Source: Paludibacteraceae bacterium (lineage in GTDB: Bacteria; Bacteroidota; Bacteroidia; Bacteroidales; Paludibacteraceae). From it: a stretch of DNA of 64,000 bases. Of the stretch, positions 36,985 to 43,667 are shown piece by piece. The position numbers and the translations under genes were made by a program. Numbering within the stretch: the first letter of the stretch is position 1; every line of letters starts with the position of its first letter. Where the stretch lies: NCBI GenBank assembly GCA_017527495.1, contig JAFXPY010000004.1, forward strand, positions 7,102 to 71,101, in the 5' to 3' direction. The notes beneath the pieces were generated by a model that saw only the letters and a program-made list of their open reading frames with translations, was not told the origin of the DNA and ran no database searches.

Positions 36985-37560
36985 TAACCCTTTTTCTGTC
37001 ATTATTGAACGAATTAAGCTGTTAGTTATAAATTTGAGTAATCTTTCTTTTGTGATATATTGAGGGTTAAAGGCCTCATATACCCAGCTCTGATTTACCA
37101 ATGTCACATACGACGCACAAGCCTCTATATCTAAATCATCCCGATAAATCCCTTCTGCAATACCTTTTTTGAGGTGGTTGCTGATATGCTCGCGTACTAT
37201 ATCATTGATTTGGGCATCGTGCTTGTTCTTTATGTCAGGATAGTACTTTCGCAAATCGTAGATAAATGGAGGCTGATTCTGTATGTCTTTCAACTCATTC
37301 ATTGAATCTACAAATATGCGCACACATTCAAGAGCCGACTTGCCGGATAACTTTTCCGTCATGTAGGCAGAAATACAATTGTCAATCAACTCAAGCACGG
37401 CAACAATAAGATCTTCTTTCTGCCTGAAATAGAGGTAGAAAGTCTTTTTCGACATATTAAGCATTCGGCATAAATCGTCAATCGATACACTCCGTATGCC
37501 GTATTGTTTGAATTGTTGAGCCGCCAACTTGACAATTTGAGTTCTTGTTGTGTCTGCCAT
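36949..37560 (-). CDS. TetR/AcrR-family transcriptional regulator
   Basis: ORF 36949..37623 trimmed to ATG 37560 (MADTTRTQIVKLAAQQFKQYGIRSVSIDDLCRMLNMSKKTFYLYF, a TetR HTH). Confidence 0.85.
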   Translation of the reverse strand: MADTTRTQIVKLAAQQFKQYGIRSVSIDDLCRMLNMSKKTFYLYFRQKEDLIVAVLELIDNCISAYMTEKLSGKSALECVRIFVDSMNELKDIQNQPPFIYDLRKYYPDIKNKHDAQINDIVREHISNHLKKGIAEGIYRDDLDIEACASYVTLVNQSWVYEAFNPQYITKERLLKFITNSLIRSIMTEKGLEEVRSRMKSEK

Positions 37561-37630
37561 AATTTTCATTAACAAATCGGCAATTATTTTAACAAAAAAT
37601 GTGCCAAATATGTTAAACAACATAAATAAT

Positions 37631-37658
37631 GGAAACTTTTAACACAATTTAAGTTTCC
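37631..37658. promoter_or_regulatory. inverted repeat GGAAACTT-N12-AAGTTTCC upstream of the TetR gene (candidate operator)
   Basis: 8-bp perfect arms, 71-98 bp upstream of ATG 37560. Followed by four AAGACAAT direct repeats within 37663-37718. Confidence 0.3.
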
Positions 37659-37970
37659 AATTAGAAGACAAAAGAAGACAATTTGCTTTCAAGACAATAT
37701 CAAACAATAGAAGACAATATTGGACTAATAGATAAAATTGGCATTCAAAATGTCCTCAACCGCCGTTTTTATAATTGCGGCAATGATATTGCCGCAGCAG
37801 TTCTTTTCGCCCCAAATCATCTATTGCTGTTATTACACTTTCCCATTTGTTAAATTACTGTGCAGCCGTTCAGTATTAATAAAAGTTAAGTATCGCAAGT
37901 AGTTTATACTTAATAAACAACACCTGTTGTAGGACCTTTCATTATTTATCCATTAATTTCACGATTATTG

Positions 37971-38080
37971 TTATCTACTAATTCCACAAATTCAACGAAT
38001 TAAACAGAGATTTTATCTACTAATTCAACGAATTAAACGGAAATTTTATCTACTAATTCCACAAATTCAACGAATTAATA
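37971..38080. repeat. ~35-bp direct repeat x3 (TTATCTACTAATTCCACAAATTCAACGAATTAAAC), related to spacer A and copy 0 of the 2656-3040 array
   Basis: Copies at 37971-38005, 38013-38038 (lacking 9 nt) and 38046-38080. The TTATCTACTAATT word also occurs at 2656-2668 and about 38299. Confidence 0.85.
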
Positions 38081-38556
38081 CTTTATGATTGATGATAATT
38101 GATGACAAAAAACAGCACCATTCCATTTGTTGGAAAATAATACCAAAACTTGAGGTACTGCCGCCGCAAAAAATAACTATCAAACACGAAGATAATTCGA
38201 AGATAATAAGAAGATACTCTACAGGTAAAAAATCCCCCCCAAAAAACGTAAAACGACAACTAACTTTGTGCAAAATTATTGACAAATAAGGCAATTATAT
38301 ATCTACTAATTACTCAATTTATTCAAGTTTCGCACATGGTAAATACAACAGATATATGATTATGGCAGTTATTTAATGCCTATCGCGTAGCGATTCTCTT
38401 TTAATAGAATAACTAAACTTTCCCACTTCTAAAATTACGGCGTTAGCCGTTGTATAGTAATAGATATAATTGCTAAACACCTTAATTTCAACCACGTAGT
38501 GGTTGCACGTTGATCAATATTCAAGTCAATCGCATAATAAATAAATCAATTTTCGC

Positions 38557-38708
38557 AAGTATTTAATGTGTCAAATTATAGGAACTTGATTATGTCAGAT
38601 TCTAATCCCATTGTTTATTTTAGTTTCAAAGGTAAAAAAAAGCTTTAGTGGTTTTTTATTAATAGAAAATTTATATTTATTCCATCTCTCCCAACCGCTT
38701 TAGCGGTT
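38557..38708 (+). repeat. hairpin-bearing intergenic element, copy 2 (colinear with 3046-3175; 22-nt insertion)
   Basis: AAGTATTTAATGTGTCAAATTATAGGAACTTGATTATGTCAGATTC...AAAGGTAAAAAAAAGCTTTAGTGGTTTTTTATTAATAGAAA...TTCCATCTCTCCCAACCGCTTTAGCGGTTG. Confidence 0.8.
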
Positions 38709-38759
38709 GAAAAGCGATTGATAACTCTATATCTCTTACTCCTAATAATGTGGGAAACT

Positions 38760-38962
38760 TTAATAGAATAATCAGGTTAATTACAAATTTATATTCCATA
38801 GGGATTTTCTTTTAATATCTTAATATCAATGGCTTAAAAGAAATTCCCTACGGGAAATTTTTAAAAAAATGAAAAGTGAAAGATTAAAAATGAAAGGTTC
38901 CTTTCAATTTTCAACTTAAAAGATTTTCCCTACGGGAAAACAAAGATTAACCGGACACTAAT
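38760..38962 (+). repeat. copy of the right half of the 16498-16873 unit (colinear with 16703-16873, central ~30-55 bp replaced)
   Basis: 38760-38857 aligns with 16703-16797 at roughly 85-90% identity by eye. 38915-38962 aligns with 16826-16873 and includes the terminal CGGACACTAAT. Confidence 0.85.
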
Positions 38963-38986
38963 AAAAATAAACCCCAAATCGTAAAT

Positions 38987-39016
38987 AAAAAAAGTACCCA
39001 CAACGGGTACTTTTTT
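38987..39016 (-). terminator. bidirectional-looking intrinsic terminator after the SPFH gene
   Basis: AAAAAAGTACCC-ACAAC-GGGTACTTTTTT. The stem is flanked by an A-run and a T-run. Confidence 0.8.
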
Positions 39017-39035
39017 ATTTAATATGTAAAATGTG

Positions 39036-40016
39036 TTACTTCTTGTCGAACATATCTTTGAAAGAACCGACAGAGCCCAACATGGCAGATGCTTCGTATG
39101 GCATATAAACTGTCTTGCTGTCTTGTCCTGATGCCATTTCTTTGAGTGTGTTGATGTATTTTTCTGCAAGCATATAGTTGGCTGGCGACATGCCTGAGCC
39201 TTTTATTGCTGCTGCAATCATTTGTATTGCTTGTGCTTCAGCTTCTGCTTTGATACGTTTTGAGTCTGCCTCACCTTCGGCTTCAAGAATCTTGGTTTGT
39301 TTGTCGGCTTCTGCTTTGTTGATTATAGCTGCTTTCTTACCTTCTGATTCGAGAATGAGAGCTTCCTTGTCACCTGTTGCTTTGAGCACTTGTGCACGGC
39401 GTTCGCGCTCGGCTTGCATCTGGCGTTCCATTGCATCGCGTACGCTGTCAGGAGGGGTGATGTCTTGCAACTCAACACGTGTAACCTTTACTCCCCATTT
39501 GTTGGTAGCATCGTCAAGGACGGCGCGAAGCTTGGAGTTTATCGTGTCGCGTGATGTAAGTGTCTCGTCGAGTTCCAACTCACCGATGACATTACGCAGA
39601 GTGGTCTGAGTCAGTTTCTCAATAGCGTTCGGGAGGTTGTCAATTTCATAAACAGCCTTGACAGGATCAACGATTTGGAAGTAGAGCAGGGCGTTTATGG
39701 TGGTCGTTACATTATCTTTGGTAATAACGCTTTGTTTCGGGAAATCATAGACTTGTTCGCGCAGGTCAATACGGTCGGTTGTCTTGATTGTAACGCGCAT
39801 GCGTCCGTTGAGGTCGTTGGATGCATAACGAGTTGTGATTTTGCGAGCACTATCGATGATAGGCCAGATGATGTTGATACCTGATTCAAGTGTGCGATTG
39901 TACTTTCCAAGTCGCTCAACAACTTTTGTCTCGGCTTGTGGAATAATCTTAAAGCCTTGGATTACGAAGATAGCTACAAGTAGTGCTATTACTCCTAAAA
40001 TTACATAAGATCCCAT
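39036..40016 (-). CDS. SPFH/band-7 (stomatin-like) protein
   Basis: 326 aa. N-terminal TM, an SPFH core (..RIDLREQVYDFPKQSVITKDNV..), and an Ala/Glu-rich coiled-coil tail. Confidence 0.92.
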   Translation of the reverse strand: MGSYVILGVIALLVAIFVIQGFKIIPQAETKVVERLGKYNRTLESGINIIWPIIDSARKITTRYASNDLNGRMRVTIKTTDRIDLREQVYDFPKQSVITKDNVTTTINALLYFQIVDPVKAVYEIDNLPNAIEKLTQTTLRNVIGELELDETLTSRDTINSKLRAVLDDATNKWGVKVTRVELQDITPPDSVRDAMERQMQAERERRAQVLKATGDKEALILESEGKKAAIINKAEADKQTKILEAEGEADSKRIKAEAEAQAIQMIAAAIKGSGMSPANYMLAEKYINTLKEMASGQDSKTVYMPYEASAMLGSVGSFKDMFDKK

Positions 40017-40040
40017 AATTAGAATAAATTTAGGTGTTAA

Positions 40041-40478
40041 TTATTTTTTTACTGTTAGAATGATGCTGTCTCGGCTTATGATTTCTACCGTCTCACCGAT
40101 TTCTATCGTCTGTCCGTCAGCTGAAACAGCTTTCCAATCGTCGCCGTCAATAGCCACACGACCTGTGTTGGCTGCGTTGTCAATACGCTCCGACACGCGT
40201 GCTTTTCTGCCTATGATGGCATCGGCATTTGTCTTGACCTCATTACCTTTGAAAAACATTTTGATAACTAATGGCCTGACGAATACAAAAGCGAGTGCTG
40301 TTACGACAGCAAAGACTATCAGTTGCCAAAGCATACTGAGTCCGCATGCTGCGCATATTGCTGAACCAATGGCTCCAAAGGAGAAGCACATTACGGCAAA
40401 GCCTGATGTGAAAATTTCGAGAATGACAAAGAATAGAGCCACAAGAGCCCATATATGCCATAATTCTAATCCAAACAT
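40041..40478 (-). CDS. NfeD-family membrane protein
   Basis: 145 aa. Three N-terminal TM segments plus a C-terminal OB-fold-like segment (GRKARV...GRVAIDGDDWKAVS). Ends 24 bp upstream of the SPFH gene, the classic nfeD-SPFH pairing. Confidence 0.85.
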   Translation of the reverse strand: MFGLELWHIWALVALFFVILEIFTSGFAVMCFSFGAIGSAICAACGLSMLWQLIVFAVVTALAFVFVRPLVIKMFFKGNEVKTNADAIIGRKARVSERIDNAANTGRVAIDGDDWKAVSADGQTIEIGETVEIISRDSIILTVKK

Positions 40479-40499
40479 AGTAGCATAGTGTTTAATTGT

Positions 40500-41939
40500 T
40501 TATCTTCTCGTGCTTGTACCTGCACTTCGTGTGTTGGTTTGTGTGTTTGCTGAACGCGAACCTGCAGAAGTTGTGTTTGTGCGAGTGTTAGTATTTGTTG
40601 AGCTACTTCTTGTGTTTGAGCTATTACTTGAACTGCGTGTGTTTGTAGAACTGTTTCTTGTGCTTGAACTATTGCCTGTCGAGCGTGTCGTGTTGGTTGA
40701 TGTGCGCGTGTTGGTTGAAGTCGGGGTGGTATTGGTTCGTGTTGTGGTGGTTGTGGTGCGGTTGTTGTTTGTTGTGGTTGAGCGTTCGGTAGTGTTACTT
40801 TTTGTTGTGCGCTCGCCTGTCGAACGATTGGTTGTTGTGGTAGTTGTTGTTTTGCGCGTGTTGGTTGAGGTCGGGGTCGAAGTGGTTGTTTCTGTTATTG
40901 TTTTGGTTCGCGTGGGTGATGCTGTAGTTCGTGTGTTGGTCGTTGTGGTTGTGTTGTTTTGTGTGGCGCGTGTGTTACTTGTTGTTCGTGTTGTTGTTCC
41001 GCTCGTCCGTGTCGTGGTTGTTGACGATTCGTTGGCTGCACTTCGTGTTGAGGTTACTGTTCCGCGGTTGGAACTTGTTGTGGCACTTCGTGTGTTGCTT
41101 ATGTTGCGTGTTCCTGAAAGTTGACTTGCATTGGCTGCTCGTGTTCCGTTTTGAGCTGTAGAGGCACGCGAAGAGAATGATTGGTTAGGATGTGCCCTGC
41201 CATAGTCGTTGCGTTGATAGGTCTCGTAGTAAGTTGTGTAGTTGGTGTAATGGTAGGATGTGGCATAACTGAAATTGGAGCAGTAGTAGTGGTTGGTGAT
41301 GTAGATGTCGATATGTGTTGAGTAGTCGTTATATGGTTTTGGCTTCCAATATTGGTGGTGAGCAGGGTAGTGTTGCCAGTAGTAGGGCGACGACCATGGT
41401 GTATAATAGGTGTTCCAATAGTTATACACTGTTGGACGATGAACGAAAGTTGGCTCAATGATGTATTGAGTACCATAGATAAACGGGTGTCCGATGATTT
41501 GAGCGTAGTAGTTGCTTTCAACAACTATTGTTGCCACATCTTGATAGGCATTCAAAGCGTACACGTCTTGAATAATGATGACGTGTGTTCCGCCGGTGAT
41601 TTGCTCGACAACGCGCAGGTAATCGACATATCCGTCGCGATTGAGGTCGAGGTTACTGATTTGGCGGGTGTAGTCGTTGAGGAACCATTCAAATTCTTCC
41701 ATTGTGCGAGCTTCGGCAAAGGCTACTGCCACGGCTTGCAGGTCGAGGTCGTAACTCAGGTCGTTTGTTGAAGTAACATAAACGGTTTGAGTGTTGCGTG
41801 GTTGATTGACAACAACAGTTTGTGTTGTTGTAGGTTGCGAAACAACAACAGTCTTTGTCTTGGTTTGAACCGGAGTTGTTACCACGCAGGCTGTCATGAT
41901 AGCGACCATAGCAGCACAAATAATGTATTTCAGTTTCAT
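40500..41939 (-). CDS. secreted lipoprotein-like protein: Ca-loop domain + Y/W/H/P-rich segment + ~225-aa Thr/Ser/Arg/Asn low-complexity tail
   Basis: 479 aa. Lipobox-like MVAIMTAC. NLDLNRDGYVDYLRV loop. SPYYWQHYP segment. From about residue 255 to the end the protein is almost only T/S/R/N. Paralog of 42040..43464. Own -7 box at 41967-41974. Confidence 0.75.
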   Translation of the reverse strand: MKLKYIICAAMVAIMTACVVTTPVQTKTKTVVVSQPTTTQTVVVNQPRNTQTVYVTSTNDLSYDLDLQAVAVAFAEARTMEEFEWFLNDYTRQISNLDLNRDGYVDYLRVVEQITGGTHVIIIQDVYALNAYQDVATIVVESNYYAQIIGHPFIYGTQYIIEPTFVHRPTVYNYWNTYYTPWSSPYYWQHYPAHHQYWKPKPYNDYSTHIDIYITNHYYCSNFSYATSYHYTNYTTYYETYQRNDYGRAHPNQSFSSRASTAQNGTRAANASQLSGTRNISNTRSATTSSNRGTVTSTRSAANESSTTTTRTSGTTTRTTSNTRATQNNTTTTTNTRTTASPTRTKTITETTTSTPTSTNTRKTTTTTTTNRSTGERTTKSNTTERSTTTNNNRTTTTTTRTNTTPTSTNTRTSTNTTRSTGNSSSTRNSSTNTRSSSNSSNTRSSSTNTNTRTNTTSAGSRSANTQTNTRSAGTSTRR

Positions 41940-41966
41940 ATTTTTGAGTTGTTAAGTTTTGATATG

Positions 41967-41974
41967 CAAAAATA
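41967..41974 (-). promoter_or_regulatory. candidate -7 box for 40500..41939 (and NfeD-SPFH)
   Basis: CAAAAATA on the + strand equals TATTTTTG on the minus strand, 28 nt before ATG 41939. Confidence 0.5.
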
Positions 41975-42039
41975 ACATTTTTTTTGTATTTTGCAAAGAA
42001 TTAAAGCATTTATTTGTGTTAGACTGAGTTTTTTGGTTC

Positions 42040-43464
42040 TTATCTTCTTGAGCTTCCGCCTCCTGAGCGTGAGCCTCCGCCACCGGAACTTCCTCCTCTT
42101 GAGCCTCCTCCGTAAGATCCTCCACCGCTGCGTGTTCCTCCTCCGTAAGAACCGCTACTTCTGGTGCTTGAGCCCCCGTATGAGCCACTACTGCGTGTTG
42201 AAGAGCTTCCGCTATATGAACCGCTACTGCGTGTGCTTGTGCTTGACGAGCGAGTTGACGAACTTGAAGAACTCCGTGTCGTTGTCGGGCTGCTTGCTCT
42301 CGTTGTGGTGCTCGAACTTGAACTGCGTGTTGCTGAGCTTCGTCCTGATGTCCCACTGCTTCGTGTCGTTGTTGCGGTTGTGCTTCGTGTTGTTGCACTG
42401 CTTCGTGTTGCATTTCCGTTAGATGTGCTTCTTGTCGTTGTGGCGCTTGTACGATTACCGCTTTGTCTTGTTGTGGTAGTGCTTGTAGCCGAACTGCGTG
42501 TGTTGCCATTTTGTGCTCGTGCTGTTGTGCTGCGTGTCGTCGATGCTGTTGAGCGTGAGGCTGCATTTCCTGCACGTGTGCCGGTGGTGCGTGTGGTGTT
42601 GCTCAGGCGTGTGTTGGTTCTGACATTGCTACTATTGAATGTGCGCGAGTTGCCTTGTCTTGCTGCACTATGACCTGAGCGTGTTGCTGCATTGGCTGCA
42701 CGAGTGTTGGTGGCAACTCTATTGCTTTCGAGATTTCTTGCGTTGCGCACTCCTGTGTTGCGACTTTGGAAACTTCTTTCCGGATGACGTGTGGCATAGT
42801 CGCGGCGGCTACTTCCGTTGTGCATGCTCCTGAAACCATGGTGTAACTCCTTTGGATGACGATAGGAGCAATATGGACGATGGTGATGCCATGTGTAGAT
42901 ATGGTGCCAATAAACATCATACGCCCAGCAGCTGTAAGGATGCCACCAAACTGGGTAATATCCCCAGTAGTATGGTGAGTACCATGCGTACCATGTCGGA
43001 CCCCAGAACCAATCGTAAATGACAGGTTGTACAACATATACAGGTTCAATTATGTAGTTGGTTCCATAGATGTACTCATCGCCAACAATCTGAACTGTAG
43101 TTTGTTGTGTGGCTTCATCTTTTTCTACATATATGCTTGCAACATCTTGGAATATGTCTTGAGCGAGAACAGCTTGTATAACAATAAGGTGTTTCTTGCC
43201 TTCAGCTGTTTCAATCACTCTCAGATAATCAACCTGACCATCGCCATTGAGGTCGAGATTGTTGATGTGAGCACTATCATTATTGATTGTTCGCTCAAAT
43301 TCCTCGAGGTTCTTTGCTTCGCCGAAGATGTTGGCAACTGCTTTCAAGTCAAGTTGTTCGGCGATTTCGTTTTGTGTGGCAGTAACCGTGATAGTCTCAT
43401 CCGCCCATGTGTTGAGGGTTAGTGCCAAAAGCAGGGCAATCAGGGTAGTTACTTGCGTTTTCAT
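42040..43464 (-). CDS. secreted protein, paralog of 40500..41939, with tail ending in SYGG/RGG-like repeats
   Basis: 474 aa. Signal peptide ...LTLNTWA/DE. NLDLNGDGQVDYLRV loop. SPYYWGYYPVWWHPY segment. The tail from about residue 230 is T/S/R/N/G-rich and ends GGSRGGSSGGGGSRSGGGSSRR. Confidence 0.75.
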   Translation of the reverse strand: MKTQVTTLIALLLALTLNTWADETITVTATQNEIAEQLDLKAVANIFGEAKNLEEFERTINNDSAHINNLDLNGDGQVDYLRVIETAEGKKHLIVIQAVLAQDIFQDVASIYVEKDEATQQTTVQIVGDEYIYGTNYIIEPVYVVQPVIYDWFWGPTWYAWYSPYYWGYYPVWWHPYSCWAYDVYWHHIYTWHHHRPYCSYRHPKELHHGFRSMHNGSSRRDYATRHPERSFQSRNTGVRNARNLESNRVATNTRAANAATRSGHSAARQGNSRTFNSSNVRTNTRLSNTTRTTGTRAGNAASRSTASTTRSTTARAQNGNTRSSATSTTTTRQSGNRTSATTTRSTSNGNATRSSATTRSTTATTTRSSGTSGRSSATRSSSSSTTTRASSPTTTRSSSSSSTRSSSTSTRSSGSYSGSSSTRSSGSYGGSSTRSSGSYGGGTRSGGGSYGGGSRGGSSGGGGSRSGGGSSRR

Positions 43465-43559
43465 AAAGCATAAAATGTTTGAGTGTTATACAATTTTTAG
43501 GCATAAGCCTTTTCTTGTTAATTTTACTTTCAAATATCGTGCCAAACATTGTTTTATAT

Positions 43560-43567
43560 CAAATTTA
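43560..43567 (-). promoter_or_regulatory. candidate -7 box for 42040..43464
   Basis: CAAATTTA on the + strand equals TAAATTTG on the minus strand, 96 nt before ATG 43464. Confidence 0.4.
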
Positions 43568-43620
43568 TGCAAAAAAGCAAAAAATACTTGCAAAAGGTTG
43601 GCTTTTTGGAAAAAATGTTG

Positions 43621-43628
43621 TAACTTTG
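43621..43628 (+). promoter_or_regulatory. candidate -7 box for the M6 protease gene
   Basis: TAACTTTG, 40 nt before ATG 43668. Confidence 0.55.
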
Positions 43629-43667
43629 CGCGTTTTATATGCTTTTTAGAAACAAATTATTTAAAAT

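Noticed and set aside
38089-38289. 66-aa ORF sharing ..KI(I/V)RRYS.GKKS.. with the 60-aa ORF at 47024..47206, suggesting a conserved small protein
   Set aside because: The DNA alignment of the two loci needs non-triplet indels upstream of the shared peptide, so the reading frame is not conserved. There is no promoter box or convincing start. The similarity reflects a shared non-coding repeat module.
40510-42673. Long ORFs on the opposite strand or in other frames over the low-complexity tails (40510..41124 +, 42164..42673 +, 41952..42575 -, 41099..41524 -)
   Set aside because: They translate to poly-Val/Leu/Arg or His/Gln/Ala strings. These are the expected by-product of the biased ACN/AGN/CGN codon run of the real frames. 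They lack starts with promoter context and are fully nested in the signal-peptide-bearing ORFs.
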